Assembly: GCA_001783805.1 (NCBI GenBank)
Contig: MFNS01000001.1
Span: 649 to 64,648, forward strand
Source: Candidatus Levybacteria bacterium RIFCSPHIGHO2_01_FULL_40_16
GTDB taxonomy: Bacteria > Patescibacteriota > Microgenomatia > Levybacterales > UBA12049
Direction: 5' to 3'
Length of the DNA: 64,000 bases
A program made the translations under genes and the position numbers. The notes under the pieces were generated by a model that made no database searches, had not been told where the DNA came from, and worked only from the letters and a program-made list of their open reading frames with translations. Numbering within the stretch: position 1 is the first letter of the stretch; each line of letters begins with the position of its first letter. Positions 9,614 to 18,459 of this stretch are shown piece after piece.

Positions 9614-10015
9614 ATGTCTGATTTTTTAAGAAAAGCCCAGCTCAAGGATATAGAGACTATTTTTCTTCTAATAAAATCAGTCGCAAAAGAAGGGCAGCTA
9701 CTGCAGAGAGACAGAAAAGATATCAAAGAAAATATTGAAACATTTTTTGTTTGGGATGATCCGGAAAAAGGAGTTGTTGCCTGCTGCGGATTGACGATTT
9801 ACAGCCAAAAACTGGCAGAAATAAGATCGTTAGTTGTAGGAAAGTCTTTTCAAGAACAAGGAATTGGAAGCAAACTAGTCAAGGAATGCTTGAAATTAGC
9901 CAAAGAAAATAAGATTTATGAGGTCTTAGCAATAACCGACAGAGTAGGCTTTTTCAACAATTTGGGATTTAGCAAATGGCTTGGTAATCAGTACCCCATG
10001 ATCATCAGACCATAA
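9614..10015 (+). CDS. GNAT family N-acetyltransferase
   Basis: Acetyl-CoA binding motif 'VVGKSFQEQGIGSKLV'. The ORF-track start at 9590 is a TTG only 2 nt after the AGGAG, so the ATG at 9614 is preferred. Confidence 0.65.
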   Translation: MSDFLRKAQLKDIETIFLLIKSVAKEGQLLQRDRKDIKENIETFFVWDDPEKGVVACCGLTIYSQKLAEIRSLVVGKSFQEQGIGSKLVKECLKLAKENKIYEVLAITDRVGFFNNLGFSKWLGNQYPMIIRP

Positions 10016-10098
10016 AATGCCTCTTGGCTGCGGATGCTAGATGACATCAGAACCTGTTTTATGGCTAATTATACTCTGTAAAACAATTCAGTAGCTTG

Positions 10099-10127
10099 TT
10101 GCAAATATTAGAAGTATAGTATATATT
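10099..10127 (+). promoter_or_regulatory. Candidate promoter TTGCAA-N17-TATATT upstream of the 628-aa ORF
   Basis: Direct reading of the intergenic sequence. Sits ~38 nt upstream of the ATG at 10166. Confidence 0.3.
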
Positions 10128-10165
10128 GTCCTTAATAAAATTAAAGCCTGCCTCATTTAATATTT

Positions 10166-12052
10166 ATGTTAACTCCCGACAGAGAGCATTATAATCCCGG
10201 TGAACCCAGGTCTTTTGGTAAACCTGTTGATCCGTCCGAGCTGGAAGGGTCAATATCGAATTTCTTTAGTCGTTATTCCACTCCTTCTGCGGAAATGAGA
10301 TTATCGCATGGACAAGATCCAACAATACAAGCAGATTTGCAATTAATGCGAAGAGATAGGCTTTTGTCATCGTTCCCCGATGCGCAGGAAGGAGTTCGAT
10401 TTTTGGAAAAAGTCCTGCCTCAATTTATTGTAGAATCGCTTGGCAATCAACTCTTTTTCCCTGGTCTACAATCACCAATTTCTGAACTAGTAACTAACAA
10501 GGATAAGTTTTTCAGTCAACTTTTATTTGATTTTTTTGCTGGAAAAGAAGAAATAGAGGAGGGAGGTCAAGAAACCGGATATATAAATTTTAATAAGCCT
10601 CCAAAAGAACAATCATACGAATATATTGGCGAAAAACTAACCAGACTAATTAGAGAAAGAGTTCATAAGGATAAAGATCCCAAAACACGAGCTTTTTTTG
10701 GCTGGATTGGACGCCACTTAATGAAAAAGATTTATCCGGAAGCAGATTTTTCTTTAGACAGGCATAATAAAATGGTGACTGAAGAAAAAGAAGGAATGAG
10801 AGAAGTATTTAAAAAGTTTAGAGATAGAGTAGAAAAAGGCGCCGAAGGAGACTTAACGTTGGAAAAGACTAATGCATTCTTCAAAGAATTAGCTGATTTA
10901 AAATGGAGTTTTCCAGGGCTAGGCTCGGCCGAAACACCAGTTCAGGATCGTATTGCTTCAAATTTGTCACTATATTTTGATGGCTTCGGCTCTATTAGTG
11001 ATTATTTGCCCTACTATGGCGATGAATTTAATAGAGAAAATTCTTTTTCCTGGTTTGTAGAACGTTGGCAAAAAAAACCAGCCAAAAAAAGTGATTTTAA
11101 TTATAAGGAACACTACGTAAAAAACTTCCCTCAAATTTTTGGCGATCTTCCGAAAGGCAATGCTGCTAGAACAGTATCTAAAGAGAAACTGTTACCAAAA
11201 TGGTTTGAAATGCTTAGAGCAATTTTATTAGAAGGAATAGATCGGACTGCAAAGGATGCTCAAGACTTTAACGTTACCTACTTTCGGTTTATCAACAATC
11301 AGAATGTTGCAGCTGGATATGCCTATGCCGAAGAACACAAAGATGAAGTTCTTGCAAATTTACCTAACATATTGCAACTCACAGAAGAGGAAGTTCAAGC
11401 GCGTTTTATGCAAGGGGAACCCAAAATATTACATGATATTCATGATTTAGGACAGAACACCTCAGACGATCTTTATAAAGATACTAATTTTGAAGAATTA
11501 GAACAACCTTTTACTGAAATGAAGGAAGAAGCGATTCTACCGCCCATTATCTTAACGGAAGCAGAAAAAGCGAGAACGGACGAAGATTGGTTCGACATAA
11601 TTGGCCATGGACCAAACGCTCGAATTTATGAAGAACTGAAAGCATATAAAGTTTTTTCCGATGAGGAATTTCTTTTAGGGGTTGATCCCCTATTCTATGG
11701 AAACTGGTTATCAGATCAATATGCTAATATGGCTATTGCTGGCAATCTGGAAAAATTTTATGAGCAGCGTAGGAATTTACCGCCAATAGAAGCAGAAAGA
11801 GAACGCATTGAGGAATTTAAGACAGGTGTTTTTTCTCTTCCTAAAACCTATAAAGATCTAATTATAAATGCAAATAGACAACTTATTAGATTACAGGATG
11901 AATTTGATAAAGTTAGAGAACAAGTAACAACCTTTAACGTAGATGCTATTACTCAAGCATCAATACTCCAGCAACGAATGATTGCTATTCGACAAGTTAA
12001 AAATACCATAAAGCAGATTATTGCTAAAAAAAAGAACAGTAAGGGTACTTAA
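10166..12052 (+). CDS. Large hypothetical cytoplasmic protein (628 aa, acidic, no TM, no signal peptide, no recognisable domain). Local GC is visibly higher than the neighbours
   Basis: Long uninterrupted ORF with coding-like composition. Coiled-coil-like C-terminus. No motif matching any family I recognise. Confidence 0.6.
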   Translation: MLTPDREHYNPGEPRSFGKPVDPSELEGSISNFFSRYSTPSAEMRLSHGQDPTIQADLQLMRRDRLLSSFPDAQEGVRFLEKVLPQFIVESLGNQLFFPGLQSPISELVTNKDKFFSQLLFDFFAGKEEIEEGGQETGYINFNKPPKEQSYEYIGEKLTRLIRERVHKDKDPKTRAFFGWIGRHLMKKIYPEADFSLDRHNKMVTEEKEGMREVFKKFRDRVEKGAEGDLTLEKTNAFFKELADLKWSFPGLGSAETPVQDRIASNLSLYFDGFGSISDYLPYYGDEFNRENSFSWFVERWQKKPAKKSDFNYKEHYVKNFPQIFGDLPKGNAARTVSKEKLLPKWFEMLRAILLEGIDRTAKDAQDFNVTYFRFINNQNVAAGYAYAEEHKDEVLANLPNILQLTEEEVQARFMQGEPKILHDIHDLGQNTSDDLYKDTNFEELEQPFTEMKEEAILPPIILTEAEKARTDEDWFDIIGHGPNARIYEELKAYKVFSDEEFLLGVDPLFYGNWLSDQYANMAIAGNLEKFYEQRRNLPPIEAERERIEEFKTGVFSLPKTYKDLIINANRQLIRLQDEFDKVREQVTTFNVDAITQASILQQRMIAIRQVKNTIKQIIAKKKNSKGT

Positions 12053-12087
12053 GAGATAGCTTGATTTAGTAGCCTAAACTACGCTTG

Positions 12088-12158
12088 CTGCTGGACCTGG
12101 ATTCGAACCAAGATAAACGGATTCAGAGTCCGTTGTCCTACCATTAGACGATCCAGCA
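12088..12158 (-). tRNA. tRNA-Gln (anticodon CUG)
   Basis: Reverse complement TGCTGGATCGTCTAATGGTAGGACAACGGACTCTGAATCCGTTTATCTTGGTTCGAATCCAGGTCCAGCAG. 7-bp acceptor with U1-A72. D-arm, anticodon stem ACGGA/TCCGT, loop CUCUGAA, T-loop GGTTCGAATCC. CCA not encoded. Confidence 0.85.
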
Positions 12159-12296
12159 AGATAGTCCAATTTTACCAAATAAGAGTACTTACTACAAACA
12201 ATGCGGGAATGAATAAGTTTTGATCTTTTAAAACATTGAAACTTATTCAGAAAATAAATTTGATTTCCCAAATTTGTTCTATAATAATAAAGTCAA

Positions 12297-12806
12297 ATGA
12301 AATACGGGAAGATTTGGCCGCATGTGGTTTTTGTAATTTTGGTTGGGGTTTTTGTTTTTACTCAGCCCCCACCAAAAAATAATCAAATAATCTCCGCAAA
12401 GGAAACTGCAGGAGTTTTAAAAGTTGTGGACGGAGATACGATTGAGGTTAGTTTAAGCGGTAGAACAGAGAGAGTCAGGCTGATTGGGATTGATAGTCCG
12501 GAAGTTTTGGACGATCGAAAGCCTATTCAGTGCTTTGGAGAAGAAGCATCAAACAAAGCGAAAGAAATTTTAACCGGAAAAACAATTACCCTGCAGTCCG
12601 ATTCAACTCAAGAGGAAAGGGATGAATACGCAAGACTTCTGCGTTATATTTTTCTTGACAGTTTAAATTTTAATGAACTTATGCTTAGTGAGGGTTACGC
12701 CCGCGAGTATACGTTTAAAGGCAAAATTTACAAATATCAAACGGAATTTATTCAGGCGGAAAAAGAGGCGAGAAAAGAGAATAAGGGTTTGTGGGGCGCG
12801 TGTTGA
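12297..12806 (+). CDS. Staphylococcal-nuclease-like (SNase/thermonuclease) secreted/membrane-anchored nuclease
   Basis: N-terminal TM or signal segment. SNase signature 'GDTIEV...RVRLIGIDSPE' and C-terminal 'EGYAREY...KGLWG'. Confidence 0.75.
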   Translation: MKYGKIWPHVVFVILVGVFVFTQPPPKNNQIISAKETAGVLKVVDGDTIEVSLSGRTERVRLIGIDSPEVLDDRKPIQCFGEEASNKAKEILTGKTITLQSDSTQEERDEYARLLRYIFLDSLNFNELMLSEGYAREYTFKGKIYKYQTEFIQAEKEARKENKGLWGAC

Positions 12807-12817
12807 GATAGGAAAAA

Positions 12818-13795
12818 TTAAAACCAACGTTTTATTTTAAAGAAAATTATCAAGGGAATAGCAACTGCAAGTATCATCCCGATATGGATTTCAAAGGTCC
12901 ATGGACCTTTTGTAAAAGGTAAACCCTCAACATTCATTCCGTAAAAACCTCCTAGAACTTGTAAGGGCAAAATGATAACTGTTATAACTGTCAGAACCCT
13001 AATGGTTAGATTGGTCTGCGTCATCAAGAGAGACTCGTTACTGTCGGAAATTCCCTCAATTAGCTCTCTGTTATCCTCAACTCTATCCCAAATCTTTTGT
13101 ATATGGTCCAAAACATTGCCCCAGAAAGGCTGCAATCGTCCATTAAAATCTTCATGTTTTCCATCTTCAAGCTCCTTAAGCAAGGGAAGGATGGGTTTAA
13201 TCATGGTGTGGAAAACCACCAAATTCCTTCTAGTGGTTGAAATTTCCTCCAAAGTCTTTTGAGACTGCCTCCCTTCCAACTCCTTATCTATTAAATCTAT
13301 TGTAGAAGTAAGTTCATTGAGCGTAGGAAAGCAGTCGTCAACTAGAGCATCGATAATTTTATAAACGAGAAATGCGGATCCCTGCGACATATATTCTGTG
13401 CGATTATGGAGAGTTTTTTGGCAAAGACTGAATATATGATCGATTTGAGGCAACTCTCCTGCATGAAGAACTATGACGTATTCTTTGGAAACAAAGAAAT
13501 TTACATAGCTACTAACCAACCTCTTTTTTTTGCCTGGCACATTGAGGGTAGGAAGATGAACTCCGTATTGGTGAGAATTTTCAGGCACAGTTTCGCTAAA
13601 AAGCGGAAAGCGAAGAACAATAAGTTCGTATTTTTTATGATTCTCTATTTTTGGTATCTGTGTCCTATGCATGTAATCATCAAGATTGAGGGGATTAAAG
13701 TAGTAAGTGTTCTTGAGATATTTTATCTCGAAATCAGTTGGCTTTTGTACATTTATAAAAGATAAGCCTTGGAAGCTGACTGTTTGTATATTCAT
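12818..13795 (-). CDS. corA: CorA family magnesium/cobalt transporter
   Basis: C-terminal two TM helices with the 'YGMN' signature (GFYGMNVEGLPF). Length of 325 aa. Confidence 0.85.
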   Translation of the reverse strand: MNIQTVSFQGLSFINVQKPTDFEIKYLKNTYYFNPLNLDDYMHRTQIPKIENHKKYELIVLRFPLFSETVPENSHQYGVHLPTLNVPGKKKRLVSSYVNFFVSKEYVIVLHAGELPQIDHIFSLCQKTLHNRTEYMSQGSAFLVYKIIDALVDDCFPTLNELTSTIDLIDKELEGRQSQKTLEEISTTRRNLVVFHTMIKPILPLLKELEDGKHEDFNGRLQPFWGNVLDHIQKIWDRVEDNRELIEGISDSNESLLMTQTNLTIRVLTVITVIILPLQVLGGFYGMNVEGLPFTKGPWTFEIHIGMILAVAIPLIIFFKIKRWF

Positions 13796-13912
13796 ATTTT
13801 AAGATATATAATATAATATTAGTCCTTGGGGAGCGTTTGTCAATCCCTTTTGCGCAAACCCTTATAGGTTCTTGACAATTAGCAGATGATATGATAGATT
13901 GCTAATTAGATT

Positions 13913-16270
13913 ATGGAAAAACTAATCCCATTAATTCCAATCCGAGACGGAGTAATCTTTCCCAACACAGATTCGGTTTTAACCTTTGGCAGGCCGAAAA
14001 GCCTGGCAGCACTGGAATCTTCCTTCACTGGTGCAAGAATTGTTTGTTTTGTACTCCAGAAAAATTCCAAGCTAAATGATCCGACTCCTTCGGATTTGTA
14101 TAGCGTTGGGACATTGTCCCGTATTGAAAGGATGACACGGACAGAAGGGGAAATAATTGCCCAAGTCAGAGGAGTCACCAGGGTCAGAATTGAATCAGTT
14201 TTCGAAGAGAGATCATATCTAATGGCAAAAGTGGTTGAGATACCGGATGTGGTGGACAATAGTCCGCAAGTTAAGGCTTTATGTAATCATTTGACGAACG
14301 AATTCAGACGCGCGATGAACCTTGGAAAAACAGTTGACTTTCTGGTCTTCATGAATATCATGTCTGACAATTCTCCATATGAATTTGCAGATCTGATTGC
14401 CTCGGTTCTGGATATCAAGCCTTCCGAGCGCCAAGGTCTTTTGGAAATTACCGATGTCAAAACCAGACTTGAAAAAATAACCGAGATTCTCTCAAAAGAA
14501 TTAAAAGTATTGGAGTTGGAAAAGCGCATCGCGTCCAAAACGCAGGAAAGATTTGAAAAAGGAGCAAGAGAGACAATCCTTAGGGAAAGGCTTAAGACTA
14601 TAGAAAAAGAACTCGGAGACGAAGATGAAACCGGAACACAGGAGATAATTGACAAAATAAAAAAAGCCAAAATGCCCTCCGAGATTGAAGAAAAAGCCAG
14701 AAAAGAAGCCAAAAAGCTTTCTCAAATGGCTCAATTTAATCCGGAAGCCGGCTACGTTAGAAATTATTTAGAATGGTTAGTTTCGCTCCCCTGGTCAGTA
14801 AAAAGCCAAAATAATGTAGATATTAAAAAAGCGGAAAAAATTTTGGATGAAGACCATTATGGGTTAACAAAAGCCAAAGAAAGAATTGTAGAGTATTTGG
14901 CTGTTCATAAATTGTCCGGAAAAATGAAAGGTCCCATACTTTGTTTTGCCGGTCCTCCGGGCGTTGGCAAAACCTCAATTGGAAAGTCAATTGCGAGAGC
15001 CTTGGGTAGGAAATTCGTCAGAGTTTCTCTTGGAGGAATCAGAGACGAGGCGGAAATCAGAGGGCACAGAAGAACTTATGTTGGCGCACTTCCCGGACGA
15101 ATAATTCAGGGAATAAAAGACGCAAGTACCCGCAACCCTGTTTTTATGCTGGATGAAATTGACAAGGTGGGAGCAGATTTCAGAGGAGACCCGTCATCTG
15201 CGCTTTTGGAAGCATTGGATCCGGAACAGAACAATCAATTCTCCGATCATTATTTGGAAGTTCCTTTTGATTTGTCCGACGTGATGTTTGTGACAACTGC
15301 CAATATTCTGGATACAATTCCGCCTGCTTTAAAAGACAGACTTGAGATCATAAATTTTGCAGGGTATACGCATGATGAAAAGTTTAAGATTGCCCGCGAG
15401 TTTTTACTCAAAAAACAAATTGAAAACCATGGTTTAACCTTGAAAAATGTGGAAATTACCGACGATGCGATCCGCTTTATTATTGAGCACTATACCCGGG
15501 AGGCTGGCGTCAGAAGCCTGGAGCGTCAAATTGCGGCGATTCTTCGGAAAACTGCCAAATTAATCGCGGAGGGCAAAGTAAAAAAACTAAAAGTCAGCGC
15601 AAAAGACGTTACCAAATATTTAGGTCCTATAAAAATCAGCTCCACATTTTTGGAGAAAAAAGACGAGATTGGAATGTCCACCGGTCTTGCCTGGACAGAA
15701 GCCGGAGGAGACATTTTGTTTATTGAGGTTGCATTGATGCCGGGAAAAGGTCAATTGCTTCTGACAGGGCAGCTCGGGGACGTAATGAAAGAATCATGTC
15801 AGGCGGCAATGTCCTATATCAGGGCGCGAGCCAACCAGTTTGGTTTATCGGATAAATTCTACCAAAAAATCGATGTGCACGTGCATGTTCCCGAGGGCGC
15901 AGTTCCCAAAGACGGTCCGTCGGCCGGTATCGCGATAACTTCAGCCATAGTCTCAGCCTTAACAGGAATCCCCGTTAACAGGAAAGTTGGGATGACCGGA
16001 GAGATTACCTTGCGCGGACGCGTTATGGAGATCGGCGGACTCAAAGAAAAAGTTATTGCCGCTCATAGGGCAGGGCTTAAAACAATTATTGTTCCAAAGG
16101 AAAATAAAAAAGATTTGGTGGAATTGCCAAAGGAAGTTTTGAAAGATTTAACCTTCAAATTCGTGTCCCATATGGATGAGGTGATCGGCATTGCCTTCAA
16201 GAAGCCTTTGAAATTGAGGCAAACAACCGGTTCTTCTGCTCAACATCTCCAAGCCGTCCTCCACGCGTAA
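13913..16270 (+). CDS. lon: ATP-dependent Lon protease
   Basis: LON N-domain. AAA+ Walker A 'GPPGVGKTS' and Walker B 'FMLDEIDK'. Protease domain with catalytic Ser 'DGPSAGIA' and Lys. 785 aa. Confidence 0.95.
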   Translation: MEKLIPLIPIRDGVIFPNTDSVLTFGRPKSLAALESSFTGARIVCFVLQKNSKLNDPTPSDLYSVGTLSRIERMTRTEGEIIAQVRGVTRVRIESVFEERSYLMAKVVEIPDVVDNSPQVKALCNHLTNEFRRAMNLGKTVDFLVFMNIMSDNSPYEFADLIASVLDIKPSERQGLLEITDVKTRLEKITEILSKELKVLELEKRIASKTQERFEKGARETILRERLKTIEKELGDEDETGTQEIIDKIKKAKMPSEIEEKARKEAKKLSQMAQFNPEAGYVRNYLEWLVSLPWSVKSQNNVDIKKAEKILDEDHYGLTKAKERIVEYLAVHKLSGKMKGPILCFAGPPGVGKTSIGKSIARALGRKFVRVSLGGIRDEAEIRGHRRTYVGALPGRIIQGIKDASTRNPVFMLDEIDKVGADFRGDPSSALLEALDPEQNNQFSDHYLEVPFDLSDVMFVTTANILDTIPPALKDRLEIINFAGYTHDEKFKIAREFLLKKQIENHGLTLKNVEITDDAIRFIIEHYTREAGVRSLERQIAAILRKTAKLIAEGKVKKLKVSAKDVTKYLGPIKISSTFLEKKDEIGMSTGLAWTEAGGDILFIEVALMPGKGQLLLTGQLGDVMKESCQAAMSYIRARANQFGLSDKFYQKIDVHVHVPEGAVPKDGPSAGIAITSAIVSALTGIPVNRKVGMTGEITLRGRVMEIGGLKEKVIAAHRAGLKTIIVPKENKKDLVELPKEVLKDLTFKFVSHMDEVIGIAFKKPLKLRQTTGSSAQHLQAVLHA

Positions 16271-16359
16271 CATTTATTCATAATGAAGTTAGCTTGTTTG
16301 GGGGGGGTATTTTGGTAGCTCTTACTGAATCCGCGATGGAGCCCACGGTTGCGAATTTG

Positions 16360-16433
16360 TAGCTCTGAGGGGATTCGAACCCCTGATATTTACCTTGAGA
16401 AGGTAACGTCCTAGGCCGCTAGACGACAGAGCC
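16360..16433 (-). tRNA. tRNA-Glu (anticodon CUC)
   Basis: Reverse complement GGCTCTGTCGTCTAGCGGCCTAGGACGTTACCTTCTCAAGGTAAATATCAGGGGTTCGAATCCCCTCAGAGCTA. Cloverleaf with anticodon loop UUCUCAA. G1:U72 wobble. A73. CCA not encoded. Confidence 0.8.
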
Positions 16434-16476
16434 TCACTCGTATTTTACTTTAAAACAAATATCGAAACAAGTTTAA

Positions 16477-16505
16477 TTGTTCTCTTGGGGGATTTCTAGT
16501 ATAAT
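16477..16505 (+). promoter_or_regulatory. Promoter TTGTTC-N17-TATAAT placed 7 nt before the ATG at 16513 (leaderless transcript predicted)
   Basis: Direct reading: ttgttc tcttgggggatttctag tataat ttttggt ATG. Confidence 0.4.
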
Positions 16506-16512
16506 TTTTGGT

Positions 16513-17268
16513 ATGAGTAAAGTCTTTCTTTCCGTAGTAATCCCTTCTTACGACGAAATGGCCAATCTGCAAAAGGGCGTTTTGGATAAGGTCGAACATT
16601 TTTTGAGCAAAGAAAAGTTTCCCTATGAGGTAATCATTGTGGATGACGGATCCGGGGACGGAAGCATTGAATTCGTAAGGCGGTTTATTGAAGAAAATCC
16701 TAACTTTAGGCTAATAGAAAATTCTCATTTAGGAAAAGCAGGAGCAGTAACAGCGGGAGTGCTTAAGTCTCAAGGCGATTATGTGCTTTTTTCCGATATG
16801 GATCAGGCAACCCCAATTGAAGAATTGGATAAGCTTTTGCCATATTTTGATCAGGATTTTGAGGTAGTTATCGGTTCCAGGAGTACGGTAAGAAAGGGAG
16901 CGCCGTTTATCCGTCAATTTGTTTCCCATACGGCGATTATTGCCCGCAAACTAATTGTCGGCCTGCCGGAAATTTCCGATACCCAATGCGGATTTAAAGC
17001 GTTTAAAAAAGAAGCCGCGAGAAAACTATTTACACGCATTGATAAATTACATAACGGTTTCAAAAAGATCTCGGGAAGCTCTGTAAGTTCGGGATTCGAT
17101 GTGGAATTGTTATTCATCGCGGAAAAATTAGGCTACAAAATTAAAGAAGTGCCGGTGAATTGGCTCTATGTTGAGACCAGAAGGGTCAGTCCGATTAAAG
17201 ATTCAGTCGAAGGAATGATGGATCTTTTAAAAATAAAAGTTAAAGCGATGAAGGGGGAATACGATTGA
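16513..17268 (+). CDS. GT2 polyprenyl-phosphate sugar synthase (Dpm1/GtrB-like)
   Basis: 'LSVVIPSYDE', 'IIVDDGSGDGS', 'DMDQATP' (DxD-type). ~250 aa. The ORF-track TTG start at 16477 lies inside the promoter, so ATG 16513 is preferred. Confidence 0.8.
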   Translation: MSKVFLSVVIPSYDEMANLQKGVLDKVEHFLSKEKFPYEVIIVDDGSGDGSIEFVRRFIEENPNFRLIENSHLGKAGAVTAGVLKSQGDYVLFSDMDQATPIEELDKLLPYFDQDFEVVIGSRSTVRKGAPFIRQFVSHTAIIARKLIVGLPEISDTQCGFKAFKKEAARKLFTRIDKLHNGFKKISGSSVSSGFDVELLFIAEKLGYKIKEVPVNWLYVETRRVSPIKDSVEGMMDLLKIKVKAMKGEYD

Positions 17269-18455
17269 AATTCAAAATGCAAAATGTAAAAGTCAAAATT
17301 TTTAACACAGGGTATTTGCTAAGTGCTATTGGGTTGTTTTTTTATTCCTTTACGCAAATTGATTTGGGACTAACGCTTTCTCGAGTATCTGTCTGGCAGA
17401 CAGCAGAGAAATTTTTTAAAAGTATCGGTTATTTCAACCGTCCAATGTCTGCTTTAATATTTATTATCATTACTCTTTTACTTTTCACTTTCTATTTATT
17501 AATTCTAAATAATATTCGCAAAAAAGAGATTTCCAGAAAAACAATTTGGTCTTTGATAATCGCGACAACGGTTATTCTGACTTTCTCATACAACGCTTTT
17601 TCTTACGACCTTTTTAACTATATGTTTGATGCTAAAATTGTGACATTCTACAATCAAAATCCCTTTGTCTATAAGGCATTAGATTTTCCGGGCGATCCGA
17701 TGCTTTCATTTATGCACTGGACCCACAGACTGTATCCATACGGACCGACCTGGCTTGGTTTAACCGTGCCCTTATCCTTCTTGGGGATGCAAGTTTTTCT
17801 ACCGACATTTTTCTTATTCAAAATCATGATTTCAGCAACCTTTTTGGGAACAGTATACTTTATAAGCCGTATTCTGCAAAAAATTTCACCCGAAAACGAA
17901 CTTTTTGGAGTAGCTTTTTTTGCCCTAAATCCGCTGGTTATTATAGAAAGTCTAGTATCTGCACACAACGATATAACTATGATATTCTTTGCGATGTGGG
18001 CACTATATTTATTAATGATAAATAAATATGTTCGTTCAACTATATTGTTCATTTTGTCAGTTGGAACTAAATTTGCAACACTTTTATTGGTACCGGTATT
18101 TGTTGTGATATATTTTCTTAAAAAATATAAAAGAGAAATAAATTGGGAGAGAATGATGCTATTATCCATTGTGTCAATGCTAGCTGCTGTGTTTGTAGTA
18201 ACTTTACGAACAACTTTTCAGCCTTGGTATCTTTTGTATGTTTTGCCGTTTGTCGCTATAGTTCCAAATAAATATTATGTAATTATTCCGACTGTAATCA
18301 TTTCTTTTGCTGCCAGCTTACAATATTTGCCATTTTTATATTTAGGTAATTGGGATAGTCCTGTTCCTTCAATATTATTCTGGATGACAATTGGCTCTTT
18401 CGTTCTATCCTTGCTTTCTACTGTGGCCTGGAAGTTTAAGAAAGTGTTAAGATAG
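17265..18455 (+). CDS. Polytopic membrane protein, putative GT-C-type glycosyltransferase partner of the upstream GT2
   Basis: ~10 hydrophobic helices. Overlaps the upstream stop (TTGA). An ATG at 17277 is an alternative start. No confident family assignment. Confidence 0.5.
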   Translation: MKFKMQNVKVKIFNTGYLLSAIGLFFYSFTQIDLGLTLSRVSVWQTAEKFFKSIGYFNRPMSALIFIIITLLLFTFYLLILNNIRKKEISRKTIWSLIIATTVILTFSYNAFSYDLFNYMFDAKIVTFYNQNPFVYKALDFPGDPMLSFMHWTHRLYPYGPTWLGLTVPLSFLGMQVFLPTFFLFKIMISATFLGTVYFISRILQKISPENELFGVAFFALNPLVIIESLVSAHNDITMIFFAMWALYLLMINKYVRSTILFILSVGTKFATLLLVPVFVVIYFLKKYKREINWERMMLLSIVSMLAAVFVVTLRTTFQPWYLLYVLPFVAIVPNKYYVIIPTVIISFAASLQYLPFLYLGNWDSPVPSILFWMTIGSFVLSLLSTVAWKFKKVLR

Positions 18456-18459
18456 ACCT

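Noticed and set aside
12074-12271. 65-aa ORF on the minus strand
   Set aside because: It is fully explained by tRNA-Gln(CUG) at 12088-12158, so the ORF is a translation artefact of the tRNA gene.
14287-14734. Antisense ORFs (141 and 77 aa) inside lon, and similar internal ORFs (for example 485-679, 1161-1346, 2665-2958, 17669-18169, 37317-37718)
   Set aside because: They are embedded in, or antisense to, strongly supported genes with conserved motifs, and have low-complexity Ser/Phe/Leu-rich translations typical of AT-rich antisense frames.
16311-16359. Possible tRNA remnant next to tRNA-Glu (GGTTGCGAAT resembling a T-loop)
   Set aside because: No acceptor, D or anticodon arms can be built around it. 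The similarity is limited to about 10 nt.
16477-16512. TTG start for the first GT2 of the cluster
   Set aside because: The TTG is itself the -35 hexamer of a TTGTTC-N17-TATAAT promoter. The downstream ATG at 16513 begins the conserved GT2 N-terminus (MSKVFLSVVIPSYDE).
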